A stretch of DNA of 64,000 nucleotides from Vibrio sp. (GTDB lineage Bacteria; Pseudomonadota; Gammaproteobacteria; Enterobacterales; Vibrionaceae): contig NZ_JBLWZK010000008.1 in assembly GCF_048266485.1 (NCBI RefSeq), forward strand, positions 39,763 to 103,762, read 5' to 3'. Of this stretch, positions 39,826-50,522 are shown piece after piece; position 1 is the first letter of the stretch; each line of letters begins with the position of its first letter. Below the pieces are notes generated by a model that was given only the letters and a program-made list of their open reading frames with translations, was not told where the DNA came from and made no database searches. The translations under genes were made by a program, and so were the position numbers.

Positions 39826-41145
39826 ATGAATAATCCACAAGATTTTGATTGCCTTGGAATTGGACTTGGCCCATTTAATTTAAGCATTGCAGCATTAATT
39901 GAAGAGTCAAAAACACAACTGCAAACGCGATTCTTAGAAAGAAAGCCTTTATTCAGTTGGCACCCAGGCTTATTACTCAGCGATGCAAAAATGCAGACTT
40001 CGTTTTTAAAAGACCTAGTCAGTGCCGTCGACCCCACAAGCCCATACAGCTTTTTAAATTACTTGGTAAAACAGCATAAATTCTATCCATTTTGTGCCTC
40101 TGGTCAGTCAGTCATTTCACGATTAGAGTTCTCGGACTACCTTGCTTGGACTGCCCATCAATTACCCAACACCCAGTTTGACTGTAACATTCAACACGTC
40201 GATTACGTCGACAATCAGTTTATTGTTCATTCAGAAACAGAGCGTTACACCAGCAAAGATTTAATCATAGGAACCGGCATGCAACCGCATATACCTGAAT
40301 GTATCCGTGAGTTGGTATCCGATCACTGTTTTCATGCAAGTGAATTGGCTTTACGCGCGCCGGACTTAACAGGAAAACGAGTTGCAATCATAGGAGGAGG
40401 ACAAACTGGCGCAGATATATTTCAGCACACCTTTGATCAACAATTCGGTAGACCTGAGAATATTGATTGGATTTCTCGACGCCCGAATATCGAACAATTA
40501 GACGAAGGTTGCTTTACTGATCAATATTTCATGCCCGATTACGTCAATCAGTTTTACCACCTAGACCAAAAGAATAAACATCGTGAAGTTTCCCACCAGA
40601 AACTAGCAAGTGACGGTGTCACGTCAAGTTGTTTAAATGGATTATATCAACGTCTCTATCACGACAAATATGTATTACGAAACCCTAAATGGTGGTCAAT
40701 CAAACCTCATCAGAGCTTAATATCAGGTCAATATAGAAATGGAGAATATCAATTAGACATTCAGCATGGTCTGACCCAGAAAATCCAAACGGTAAAAGCA
40801 GATATTGTCATTCTCTGTACTGGTTTTACCCATGACCTCCCGGCATGTTTAGATCATTTAAAACCACTGATGATCACCGACCCACGCAACCGACTCATAC
40901 TCAGTAGCGACTACTGTTTGCAATGGAAAGGAATGCAGAACAATCGTATTTACATTGTAAATTCTGGTACCGATAACCACGGCATTGCCGAGCCTCAACT
41001 TAGCTTAGCTGCATGGCGAGCTGCTAAAATCGTCAATAGCCTATGCCAAAATAACATTTATGAACTTGATGAAGAGCAAAATATTCTCGATTGGGGTTTG
41101 GATATTGAACCACAGCATAACTTTGCCAATGTAATCTCTATGTAA
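39826..41145 (+). CDS. iucD: Lysine N6-hydroxylase, IucD-like
   Basis: GIGLGPFNLSIAAL, FSWHPG, MQTSFLKDLV and IGGGQTGADIF motifs. Start at 39826 has RBS AGGGA. Confidence 0.88.
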   Translation: MNNPQDFDCLGIGLGPFNLSIAALIEESKTQLQTRFLERKPLFSWHPGLLLSDAKMQTSFLKDLVSAVDPTSPYSFLNYLVKQHKFYPFCASGQSVISRLEFSDYLAWTAHQLPNTQFDCNIQHVDYVDNQFIVHSETERYTSKDLIIGTGMQPHIPECIRELVSDHCFHASELALRAPDLTGKRVAIIGGGQTGADIFQHTFDQQFGRPENIDWISRRPNIEQLDEGCFTDQYFMPDYVNQFYHLDQKNKHREVSHQKLASDGVTSSCLNGLYQRLYHDKYVLRNPKWWSIKPHQSLISGQYRNGEYQLDIQHGLTQKIQTVKADIVILCTGFTHDLPACLDHLKPLMITDPRNRLILSSDYCLQWKGMQNNRIYIVNSGTDNHGIAEPQLSLAAWRAAKIVNSLCQNNIYELDEEQNILDWGLDIEPQHNFANVISM

Positions 41146-41152
41146 CTGAAAT

Positions 41153-41186
41153 AAATAAAGATCTAGTCTAATCTAGATCTTTATTT
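41153..41186 (+). terminator. Terminator after iucD
   Basis: 14-bp stem AAATAAAGATCTAG / CTAGATCTTTATTT followed by Ts. Confidence 0.7.
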
Positions 41187-41446
41187 TTGAATCATTAGTT
41201 TAATCAAAACCATTAACTTCCCCCCTTCATTTAGCTGAATTAAATCTTGCTAATACTCAAGTCACTTCAAGATGGAGTTTCAGCAATAATATAATGTTCA
41301 TAAATCAACCTATTTCAGAGGCTTTTTATGATTACCGCCACACTTTATAGATCCAGAATGTGACGGTGCTAGCAACTCCTCTCCACAATAAAAAACCACC
41401 ATTTGTCTTACAATATACTAAAAATGGTGAATCAAGGAGAGAGTCT

Positions 41447-41917
41447 ATGTTAAATGCAGAATCTATTGTTAAAGATGCAATAGACGTCGTAACCCCATCT
41501 ATTGAAAAGCTTTTTGAAAGAACAAATCGAAAAGAGCTTCATATCGTAGTAATGAATCCTGAGTTAAAGCCTTGGGAAAGTTCATTTGAAAATGCCATTT
41601 TGTATGAGAAATCATTAGGCAAACCAGAAACTTGGACGATTCCTTTTGAGCAACTTGCTCGCCAAAAAGCCAAACAAGCATGGCGAAACTCTGTGGCAAA
41701 TATTAATGCTCAAACTCAACACCCCGCTTCAATTAGAGAAGGCGACATTTTGTTCTATGGCTCATTTGTTTACGGCAATATTGTTGTGGCATGTAGTGGC
41801 GTAGAGCAATGGTATGACATGCTAATTAGTGGTTGGATTGCGGTGGCAATTGAACAGATCACTATGAGTGAATATCAGAACAATAAAATTTCTAACCCTA
41901 CACAACCTGTAAGATAA
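41447..41917 (+). CDS. Uncharacterised 156-aa protein with GlcG/HbpS-like motif order
   Basis: RBS AAGGAG before the ATG at 41447. HIVVMN...ARQKAKQAW...GSFVYGNIVVACSG...DMLIS parallels the GlcG/DUF336 pattern (by eye only). Confidence 0.55.
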   Translation: MLNAESIVKDAIDVVTPSIEKLFERTNRKELHIVVMNPELKPWESSFENAILYEKSLGKPETWTIPFEQLARQKAKQAWRNSVANINAQTQHPASIREGDILFYGSFVYGNIVVACSGVEQWYDMLISGWIAVAIEQITMSEYQNNKISNPTQPVR

Positions 41918-41930
41918 GGAAAAGACTGCC

Positions 41931-42863
41931 ATGAATAATTTATTAAAAAAATTGCTTGTTACAGCTGGAATTCTTTTGTCAACCACCGCGGTTGCCGCAG
42001 ACTATCCAACCAAAAACATTCGCCTTATTGTTCCATTTGGTGCCGGTGGTGGCACGGATGCAGTTGGTCGAACACTGGCTAACTCTGCGAAAGATGTTTT
42101 AGGGCAAAACATTACTGTAATGAATCGTACTGGTGGTGCGGGTGCAGTTGGTATGAGTTTTGGTGCACAACAACGCCCAGACGGCTATACCCTAACCGTA
42201 GTCACTCGTGAAATTTCCTCTTTACCTCAAATGGGGTTGATGCAACACGATGCGAGTGATTTTAAATTAATCCGTATGGTAAACCTTGATCCTGCAGTCG
42301 TGCTTGTGTCAAAAGATAGCCCATACAACACCATTAATGACCTTATTGCAGAAGCAAAGAAAGAACCAGGTTCACTAAAATTTGCATCAACAGCAGCTCC
42401 CAACTTTTACTTAATGGCGCTTGAGAAAAAAGAAGGCATCAAACTGAATGCGATTCCATACAACGGTGCTTCAGAAGCGATTCCTGCGGTACTAGGTAAG
42501 CACACTGATGTGACTATGGTAACGCCAGGAGAAGCGATTGCTCAATTGCGTTCAGGCCAACTAAAAGCATTGGGCGTAATGTCTGCAGAGCGCATTGATT
42601 ACCTTCCTGAAGTACCTACTTTAAAAGAGCAAGGTGTCGATGTAGTAACAGGTACATGGCGTGGTATTGGTGCACCGAAAGGTACACCTGATGAAGTAAT
42701 TGAAACTCTAGGTAAAGCGTTTGACCAAGCAATGGCGAGCGATGAGTTCAAAGGATTCATGACAAAAGGGGCGATGACTATTCATAACCTCAATGCTGAA
42801 GAGTTCACTCAGTTTGTTGCTGAAGATACTAAAGCATTAGGCGCACTCATTAACGACAAATAG
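41931..42863 (+). CDS. tctC: Tripartite tricarboxylate transporter substrate-binding protein
   Basis: YPTKNIRLIVPFGAGGGTD, GGAGAVG...DGYTL, PYNGASEA and WRGIGAPKGTP motifs. Confidence 0.9.
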   Translation: MNNLLKKLLVTAGILLSTTAVAADYPTKNIRLIVPFGAGGGTDAVGRTLANSAKDVLGQNITVMNRTGGAGAVGMSFGAQQRPDGYTLTVVTREISSLPQMGLMQHDASDFKLIRMVNLDPAVVLVSKDSPYNTINDLIAEAKKEPGSLKFASTAAPNFYLMALEKKEGIKLNAIPYNGASEAIPAVLGKHTDVTMVTPGEAIAQLRSGQLKALGVMSAERIDYLPEVPTLKEQGVDVVTGTWRGIGAPKGTPDEVIETLGKAFDQAMASDEFKGFMTKGAMTIHNLNAEEFTQFVAEDTKALGALINDK

Positions 42864-42871
42864 TAACAACA

Positions 42872-42899
42872 AAAAATGGGGCCTACAGGCTCCATTTTT
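42872..42899. terminator. Intercistronic hairpin between tctC and tctB
   Basis: AAAAATGGGGCC-TACA-GGCTCCATTTTT. Confidence 0.6.
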
Positions 42900-42932
42900 G
42901 CTCAATTAACTAATTAAGTTGTAGAGTTTATT

Positions 42933-43376
42933 ATGAAAGATCGAAACCTTACCTTCCCCTTTTTAATGATCTTGATGAGTATTGGCGCATTAATTGTGAT
43001 CAGCCAATTTGATAAGCCCATGTTCCAGGATGCTAGCGTTGACGCAAAATTCTTTCCTCGAGTGATTGCGTTCGGCATTATTATTCTATCTTGTGTATTG
43101 ATGCTTCAAAGTATTATACAAAGAACAAAACAGACACTACCTCCAATTTTCTCCAAACTGTCTTTATTTGGAGTTGGATTTCTCATTCTGTATGCCTCAT
43201 TAATTTATTTCATTGGCTATTTAGCCGCTTCACTTATTGCCTTTACTAGTTATTTAATCTTCCTAAAAATCAAAAAACCTATGTATTACGTTTTTTCGAC
43301 GATTTTTGTCTTCTTTGTTTATTACTTATTCAGCGAAGTCTTTTTTATTTCTTTGCCACAAGGCGTATTTTTCTAA
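42933..43376 (+). CDS. tctB: TctB small membrane subunit
   Basis: Four TM segments, FFPR motif, C-terminal LPQG. Confidence 0.85.
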   Translation: MKDRNLTFPFLMILMSIGALIVISQFDKPMFQDASVDAKFFPRVIAFGIIILSCVLMLQSIIQRTKQTLPPIFSKLSLFGVGFLILYASLIYFIGYLAASLIAFTSYLIFLKIKKPMYYVFSTIFVFFVYYLFSEVFFISLPQGVFF

Positions 43377-43385
43377 GAGGCGGTT

Positions 43386-44870
43386 ATGTTAGAGCATTTA
43401 TTGAACGGCTTAGCTGTCACATTCAGTTTTGAAGTTCTGCCTGTCCTGATTTTTGGAGTATTGGGCGGCATTATCTTAGGTGCACTACCCGGCTTAACCG
43501 CCACTATGGGGGTTGCAATTCTTTTACCTTTTACTTTTGGTATGGAGCCTACCGCCGCGTTAGTGATGCTCATTGGTGTCTATATCGGTGGCATTTATGG
43601 CGGTTCCATTGCGGCTATTTTGCTTAAAACACCTGGCACTCCCGCATCTGCTGCCAGTGTACTGGATGGATATACCATGTCTTCCAATGGACAAGCCGCA
43701 CGTGCATTAAGTATTTCTGCCATTGCTTCTTTTGTTGGTGGATTGATCAGTACCATAGTGCTGATTGCCATCTCCCCTCTTTTGGCGAAGTTTGCTTTAA
43801 AATTTAACGCTCCTGAGTATTTTGCTTTGGCGTTATTTGGTTTAACGATTATTGCCAGTGTGTCTTCACAAAACATTCTCAAAGGCTTATTAGCAGGCGG
43901 AATTGGCTTATTGATTTCCACTGTCGGTTTAGATCCAATCAGTAGTGTTCCACGATTTACCTTTGGCGTGATGGATTTATACAGCGGTGTGAATGTAATT
44001 CCAGTGCTAATTGGTTTATTTGCTCTATCTGAAGCGCTAAATCAAATCGAAAAAATCTTGTCTGAAAAACAAATCAAACCACCTAAGTTTGATCGTAAAT
44101 TACTCAGTCAGAAAGATTTAAAAGAAATGATGCCGACGGCAGTGAAAAGCGGATTAATGGGAACAACCATAGGTTCAGTACCAGGTGCCGGTGCTGATAT
44201 TTCTGCCTTTGTTTGTTACAACGAAGCAAAACGATCTTCAAAGAATCCTGATGAGTTTGGTAAAGGATCGGTGAAAGGCTTAGCGGCGGCTGAAGCCGGT
44301 AACAATGGTGTAACTGGCGGTTCATTAGTGCCACTGCTTACTTTAGGTGTTCCTGGCGATGCGGTAGCGGCAGTACTTCTTGGTGCATTAATCATTCAAG
44401 GTTTAACCCCTGGTCCATTACTATTTGCTCAAAGCCCGGAAGTGGTTTACGGCGTGTTCAGTTCAATGCTGGTGGCTAACATAGTGATGTTGATTGTCGG
44501 CCTACTTGGCATTCGCTTTTTCTGTCGCATTATTGAAGTACCTAAGATTTTAATGATCCCGATTATTATCTTCTTATCAATTGTCGGCGCGTATGCCATC
44601 AACAACTCAATGTTTGATATTGGTATCGCAATTGGCTTCGGTGCTTTAGGCTTTATTCTCGGTAAATTAGATATTCCATCTTCACCGATTTTACTGGCTA
44701 TCATCTTGGGACCAATGGCGGAAACCAACTTGCGCAAGTCATTGTTAATGTATGATAACTCTTGGTCTTTCCTATACGATAGACCGATTGCCTTAGCCTT
44801 TATTGTATTGGCTGTTTTATCGGTTTACTCTACAATGAAAATGAAAAAGCGCGCGAATAAAGACGCTTAA
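43386..44870 (+). CDS. tctA: TctA large membrane subunit
   Basis: GALPGLTATMG, YGGSIAAILLKTPGTP, AAEAGNNG and LTLGVPG motifs. Confidence 0.93.
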   Translation: MLEHLLNGLAVTFSFEVLPVLIFGVLGGIILGALPGLTATMGVAILLPFTFGMEPTAALVMLIGVYIGGIYGGSIAAILLKTPGTPASAASVLDGYTMSSNGQAARALSISAIASFVGGLISTIVLIAISPLLAKFALKFNAPEYFALALFGLTIIASVSSQNILKGLLAGGIGLLISTVGLDPISSVPRFTFGVMDLYSGVNVIPVLIGLFALSEALNQIEKILSEKQIKPPKFDRKLLSQKDLKEMMPTAVKSGLMGTTIGSVPGAGADISAFVCYNEAKRSSKNPDEFGKGSVKGLAAAEAGNNGVTGGSLVPLLTLGVPGDAVAAVLLGALIIQGLTPGPLLFAQSPEVVYGVFSSMLVANIVMLIVGLLGIRFFCRIIEVPKILMIPIIIFLSIVGAYAINNSMFDIGIAIGFGALGFILGKLDIPSSPILLAIILGPMAETNLRKSLLMYDNSWSFLYDRPIALAFIVLAVLSVYSTMKMKKRANKDA

Positions 44871-44892
44871 TTTTCTCAATTTCAATCATAAA

Positions 44893-44932
44893 TAAAAAGT
44901 GCCGACATCTTAATCAAAGTGTCGGCACTTTT
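44893..44932. repeat. 40-bp hairpin / bidirectional terminator, copy 1 (left of the nar block)
   Basis: TAAAAAGTGCCGACATCTTAATCAAAGTGTCGGCACTTTT, 37/40 identical to 58701-58740. Confidence 0.9.
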
Positions 44933-44956
44933 ATCAATATCCCTATGAGCAATTGG

Positions 44957-45607
44957 TTAACAAATATTTTCTTCGTGAACCCACACTGCCATTTCAACAC
45001 GTGAACGTAAATTCAATTTTTTTAGCAAACTTTTGACATGGACCTTCACCGTTCCTTCTGCAATATCAAGTTTACGAGCTATCATCTTATTCGTCATACC
45101 TGTCGCAACTAACTTTAACGTTTGGAATTCCCGCTTAGTTAAACTATCAATCCCGCGTTGTACTTTCTTATTACGTAATCCTTCCATTAAAATAGGTGCC
45201 ATTTCAGGGCTTAATACCATCTGACCATGACAAGCTTGCTCAATCGCTTTTAATAACTCTTCCGGTTCCATATCTTTGAGTAAATATCCATCAGCACCAA
45301 GTTTAATCGCATTAGTCAAATCCCCTTTATAATTCGATACCGTAAACACTATAACTCGGCTTGATAAATGACAATTACGCAATTCTCGCAACGTTTCAAG
45401 ACCATTCATCTCCGGCATATTAAGATCCAAAAGAATAAGATCTGGATCGTATTTTTCAGCTAGCTCAATACCATCTACACCACTATGAGCCATTGCTACC
45501 ACTTGCATATGACTACTCATTTCAATTAAATGCTTGACCCCACCACAAAGCATTGGATGATCATCGATTAATAATATGGTTGATTTATCAGTGTGTTGTA
45601 TTTCCAT
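44957..45607 (-). CDS. narL: NarL response regulator
   Basis: [16 protein letters not shown] and GADGYLLKD receiver motifs plus LuxR-type HTH ([14 protein letters not shown]). Start at 45607. Confidence 0.9.
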   Translation of the reverse strand: MEIQHTDKSTILLIDDHPMLCGGVKHLIEMSSHMQVVAMAHSGVDGIELAEKYDPDLILLDLNMPEMNGLETLRELRNCHLSSRVIVFTVSNYKGDLTNAIKLGADGYLLKDMEPEELLKAIEQACHGQMVLSPEMAPILMEGLRNKKVQRGIDSLTKREFQTLKLVATGMTNKMIARKLDIAEGTVKVHVKSLLKKLNLRSRVEMAVWVHEENIC

Positions 45608-45620
45608 AGCAATACCTTTT

Positions 45621-47450
45621 TTATTGAGGCGAGAATTCAATATTAATACGAGTTCCCATTCCTAGTTCTGATTCAATATTAAACTTACCAGGTAACGACT
45701 TTGCTCTATCTCTCATAATAGTAATGCCATAATGATTTTTAGGTTCGGTGATTCTGCTCATACCACAACCATTATCAATCACGGATATAGATACTTTTTG
45801 ATTCGTAGGATCGTATTTAGCATCGATATCAACGGAGCTGGCATGGGCATGTTTATAAATATTGGATAAAGCTTCTCGAATAATATGAACAATATGCACA
45901 GCTTGATGAGCAGAAATACTATTGGCAGGTGCATCAAAATTTAGCTGAATGATTAAACCAAGTTTCTCATTAAATTCTTCAATGGTATTTTCAAGAGCTG
46001 GCAATAACCCAGGTTCCATCACTTTTAACCTGAACGTAGTGAGTAAATGCCTAAGTTGACTATAGGCGGTGTCCACTTCTTGGCGCATTTCTGCGACTAA
46101 GGTTTTTTGATCATCCGAAAATTGTGCATTTTGCATTTGCAAACAACTTAAGCGTATTTTCATACAAGACAGAGATTGTGCGATAGAATCATGTAGCTCG
46201 CGAGCAATGGTTGCCCTTTCATTTGCGAGCAACACTTCACTATTGAGATGTTCTTGATATTTAGAGGCTAACGAACGCGTGATTTGCTTGCTTAAAGTAT
46301 CAATCAATTGCAATTCATCATCCGAAGCTTGTTGCTCTACGAAGAAATCAATTTTAAGGCGACCGTAACTGCGTAATCCATCTTCTAATTCCCACGCCTT
46401 CACTGAACCTACAACATCGGACACATCAGACATCGTATAAAAACAAGTATCACAGTGATTGTCTAAACAGCTTTCTGGTCGCTGATATTGTGCAGTGGTG
46501 ACAACTTGTTGATTCGCCGATTTATGATAATCAGCAATTTCTAAGGTAATATTTTTGTAGCCTGTAATCTCTTTCAACTCAAAAATAATAGGAGAAAATA
46601 ATGCACAGTAGCGTTCATTTTTATCTAGAATCAAAGCACCACTGGAACGATTTAGAAAATCGAGTAACCGATTCTTATACGTCAAACTCTGGGTTTTGAT
46701 TGTCACTAAAGATTCTAAGTTGGCATACATGCCTTCAAGTTTATCCGCCATGCTGTTAAACATGGTTCCCAATTGATGTAGTTCATCTTTTTTATTGGTC
46801 GCAGGAAAACGAGATTGTAAGTGACCATTTTTCAAATGAAATGACATAGTTAATAGCTGACGCCAAGGATGAAAAATACGACGCCGTAAATGAACAATAT
46901 TCACCAGTAACAGGATTATAAGAAGAAAAATAAAAAGGGTTTGTAAGGATTTTAAAATCCATAGACGGTGTTCTGTTTCTTTATCAATCAAATGCACTAA
47001 TTGATCTAATTGAGAGACATATTGAGTGATCTCACCTCTTGCTTCATCAGGAATCTTCGCAGTTAATAGGCTTGGCTTTACCACTTCAAGCCAATAGACA
47101 TGCACATTTTTATACTCGTCTGAAAAACCGCGCTCTTGTAAATAATCTTCCAAAAATTGGGAATGACGACTTTTATCAATTGCGGTTAAAACGTCATCTT
47201 TTTTTTGATTAAGAGGGAGTAATGAAAGCAATTCAAAACTTTGCATCCGCATATAGCCAATTCGGTTTATGGCATGAGCGTTCCCTTGAATACTGTTTGC
47301 AAACCAGGCTGACACCGACATTCCGACAATGGCACATAGCGAAATCACCAACATAGAGACAGAAATTTTACTGACTAAAGAAAAAGGATTCCAAAAGAAA
47401 GTCATTGGGCTTCGTTTTAATTTTGATTTCTGCAAATTAACTTGTGTCAT
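45621..47450 (-). CDS. narX: NarX nitrate sensor kinase
   Basis: P-box [16 protein letters not shown]-box [29 protein letters not shown] and DNGCG. The start codon is uncertain (47450-47498). Confidence 0.88.
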   Translation of the reverse strand: MTQVNLQKSKLKRSPMTFFWNPFSLVSKISVSMLVISLCAIVGMSVSAWFANSIQGNAHAINRIGYMRMQSFELLSLLPLNQKKDDVLTAIDKSRHSQFLEDYLQERGFSDEYKNVHVYWLEVVKPSLLTAKIPDEARGEITQYVSQLDQLVHLIDKETEHRLWILKSLQTLFIFLLIILLLVNIVHLRRRIFHPWRQLLTMSFHLKNGHLQSRFPATNKKDELHQLGTMFNSMADKLEGMYANLESLVTIKTQSLTYKNRLLDFLNRSSGALILDKNERYCALFSPIIFELKEITGYKNITLEIADYHKSANQQVVTTAQYQRPESCLDNHCDTCFYTMSDVSDVVGSVKAWELEDGLRSYGRLKIDFFVEQQASDDELQLIDTLSKQITRSLASKYQEHLNSEVLLANERATIARELHDSIAQSLSCMKIRLSCLQMQNAQFSDDQKTLVAEMRQEVDTAYSQLRHLLTTFRLKVMEPGLLPALENTIEEFNEKLGLIIQLNFDAPANSISAHQAVHIVHIIREALSNIYKHAHASSVDIDAKYDPTNQKVSISVIDNGCGMSRITEPKNHYGITIMRDRAKSLPGKFNIESELGMGTRINIEFSPQ

Positions 47451-47618
47451 AACAGTCATTTTGAAAAGAATGAGTCGATATTTTATGCTTTTCCCCATAG
47501 AACCATATAACCATTTGTGGGTATCACTTAATATCCACGTATCAATATTATCGATGACACAATCAAGAGAAAAATCATAAGCAATTAATATTAAGACAAA
47601 TAAAAGTAAATCGATAAC

Positions 47619-47684
47619 TACCTATATTGTCCATGCAACCTCTTTTCAATACTAAAAAATGCACATCCACTTGATATGTGTCAA
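47619..47684 (+). promoter_or_regulatory. narK promoter: NarL heptamer and FNR site
   Basis: TACCTAT at 47619-47625 and TTGAT-ATGT-GTCAA at 47671-47684. Confidence 0.7.
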
Positions 47685-47745
47685 AAAGCCCTCTCAAAAA
47701 TAGGTCAAAGCTAATCGAAGTTTTCTCCCAACTAAGGACTTTGAA

Positions 47746-49140
47746 ATGGAATCGACCATTCATAATAATAAAAATATCAGCAAGGTTTTAACCCATTGGG
47801 TTCCTGAAGATCCAATATTTTGGCAGCAAGAAGGACAACATATTGCTCGGAAGAACTTATGGATTTCCATTCCTTGTTTGTTATTGTCGTTTTGCGTTTG
47901 GATGATATTTAGTACGGTTTCGGTCAATCTAAATAAAGTGGGGTTTAGTTTCACCACAGATCAATTGTTTTTATTGACTGCATTACCTTCGGCATCTGGT
48001 GCGATCATGCGCATCCCCTATTCATTTATGGTTCCGATTGTGGGAGGACGTCGTTGGACAGCTTTCACTACGGCCTTTCTTGCAATACCTTGTATTTGGT
48101 TGGCCCTTGCCGTCCAAAATCCCAATACTCCTTATTCCGTATTTGTTTTAATTTCCCTGCTGTGTGGCTTTGCTGGTGGTAATTTTGCTTCAAGCATGTC
48201 CAACATTAGCTTTTTCTTCCCTAAACATAAGCAAGGTGGGGCGCTTGGCCTGAATGGTGGCTTGGGTAATCTTGGTGTCAGTGTGTTGCAATTATTAGCC
48301 CCACTTGCCGTATCTATGGGGATCTTTAGCTTCTTTATTTCTGGTTCTCAACAGCCAGACGGAAGCATGTTGTGGCTCGCGAATGCGCCATTGATTTGGG
48401 TCCCTTTTATTATTATTGCGACGTTGGCAGCTTGGTTTGGGATGAATGATCTCGCGACAGCCAAAGCATCAATATCGGATCAATTACCGGTATTAAAACG
48501 CCCTCACATGTGGATATTAAGTTTCTTATATTTATCCACTTTTGGCTCGTTTATTGGATTTTCAGCCGGCTTTGCAATGTTAACCAATACACAATTCCCA
48601 ACGGTAGATATCATTCATATCGCCTTTATTGGCCCTTTATTAGGCGCATTAATGAGACCAGTTGGTGGCGCGCTATCGGATAAATTTGGCGGGATCAGAG
48701 TTACCACCATTAACTTTATTTTAATGGCAATCTTTACCGCTTCGATATTCTATTTCTTACCTGGAGAAATCTCAGAAAACGGTAATTTCGAATTATTCTT
48801 TATCGGGTTTATGATGTTATTCGCAACCGCAGGTCTGGGCAGTGGCTCAACATTCCAAATGATTGCTGTGGTATTCCGACAATTAACGGTAGAAAGAATG
48901 CTGCGTGAAAATGGTGGTGATGAAGAAAAAGCACAAGCACGGGCCATCAAAGACTCCGCTGCCGCTCTGGGATTTATCTCAGCAATAGGCGCCATTGGTG
49001 GCTTCTTTATCCCAAAAGCTTTTGGAACGTCTTTAGCATTAACTGGCTCGCCACTGGGTGCTATGAAGGTTTTCTTAGGCTTTTACATCGTATGCATCAT
49101 TTTGACATGGGCGGTATACGGACGTTATGAAAAGAAATAA
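47746..49140 (+). CDS. narK: NarK nitrate/nitrite transporter
   Basis: WVPEDPIFW, GFAGGNFASSMSNISFFFPK and GLGSGSTFQMI nitrate-signature motifs. Confidence 0.95.
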   Translation: MESTIHNNKNISKVLTHWVPEDPIFWQQEGQHIARKNLWISIPCLLLSFCVWMIFSTVSVNLNKVGFSFTTDQLFLLTALPSASGAIMRIPYSFMVPIVGGRRWTAFTTAFLAIPCIWLALAVQNPNTPYSVFVLISLLCGFAGGNFASSMSNISFFFPKHKQGGALGLNGGLGNLGVSVLQLLAPLAVSMGIFSFFISGSQQPDGSMLWLANAPLIWVPFIIIATLAAWFGMNDLATAKASISDQLPVLKRPHMWILSFLYLSTFGSFIGFSAGFAMLTNTQFPTVDIIHIAFIGPLLGALMRPVGGALSDKFGGIRVTTINFILMAIFTASIFYFLPGEISENGNFELFFIGFMMLFATAGLGSGSTFQMIAVVFRQLTVERMLRENGGDEEKAQARAIKDSAAALGFISAIGAIGGFFIPKAFGTSLALTGSPLGAMKVFLGFYIVCIILTWAVYGRYEKK

Positions 49141-49752
49141 TTAAGATCGAATCGATTAATAGGTTTTAAAAAATACCAGCTGTAAAGGCTACTAATAATT
49201 ATCTAAAGATATAAATAAATGTCAGGGGTTAATAAATGATTATAATTATATCTAATTAATATGTCTGAGATTGGAGGCAATACTTTGTCTTATTTCGACA
49301 CTCATCAACTAGACGTTAAAAATTGGCATTGCTCTCTTAATCTGTGCTCAGATTTCCAGAGCAATCGTATTCAAGGATTGTTTAAAAGTAAGAGTGAATA
49401 TGTTGCCATTTGGTATAGCTATAAACTTACTATCTAAGCAATCAATTCTTTTGTAGACGTTAAATTTGTTGAATTAACAAATCCTACCTATAAAAAATGA
49501 GAAAGAATATAAAAGTTTTTTAATCGTCAAGCTTCCTATAAATTACTTGCATAAAATTCCATAATTTTCGCTATTGACCCTGAAGAAAATAGCAACCACA
49601 GTGGCACATTTAAATGTGCTCTATGCAAAGATCAGGTCTTTCAACTGGTACGAAAATCGAAATTCGGCGGGCCACATTTCTTCGCTGATTGACCGCATCG
49701 AGACTCTTTGTAAAGAAGGTATACAAATCCCCCCAAAATTGGGAGGGTTAGA

Positions 49753-50270
49753 TTGAACAAATTAGTAACAATTAGGAGAGCATCTGCGCACGATGCTGAG
49801 ACATTAGGTGTGATTGGTCCCGCTGCTTATGCCACGACATACCATTACCTATCGAGTGACAGTATTACTCTGATCCATCAACTTGATACTTTTAGTAAAT
49901 CCGTATTTTTAGTACTGTTACAGCGAGATGACTCAAGGGTATGGGCTGCCGAAAAATCGAGGAAAATTATTGGTTTTCTAACAATGTTAATAAGTTCGGA
50001 AAATCCCACTACGTATGATACTAACGGTGCAGAAATTTCGAGGATTTACCTACTTCCAGGTAGCAAAAAATGGAAATTGAGTAAATGCTGCACAAGAATA
50101 TGCGAGTAAACTTAAGCTGACGAGGTGGCTTGATGTAATGGAGTCAGCAACAGTAGCAAGGAATGCGTATTATAAATGGGGTTTTCAGAGATAGGGCTTA
50201 AGACTTTCCTCCTCAAGTCAAAGCAGATTTATCAAAAATGCTTTTCCTGAGCATAAAACTCAATCCTAAA
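49753..50270 (+). pseudogene. Frameshifted GNAT acetyltransferase
   Basis: RBS GGAGGG plus TTG. Reads ...AEISRIYLLPG, then loses frame. EYASKLKLTRWLDVMESATVARNAYYKWGF follows in another frame. The end is approximate. Confidence 0.75.
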
Positions 50271-50522
50271 GGTAACAGAGCATTTCTGTGTATTAGGTAA
50301 TTATGGAACTACGAAGATTCGTATATGGCGATAAAATTGCGTTGACCCATTGACTTGCGGCTAGTTGATATTATTCAGTACAAAAAACGGCCATAATGTA
50401 CAATGATTTTCAATATCCAAACCGCCAAATTATTAAGTAACAATATGATAGTAAAAAATTTATAATCACAAGTGACGTTTCCAGAGATGTGTACATTAAA
50501 ATTAATACAGGGTAATGAGCCA

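Noticed and set aside
49574-49756. 60-aa ORF as a Dps/ferritin fragment
   Set aside because: Only a loose resemblance (LNVLYAKIRSFNW). The ferroxidase residues are not convincingly present.
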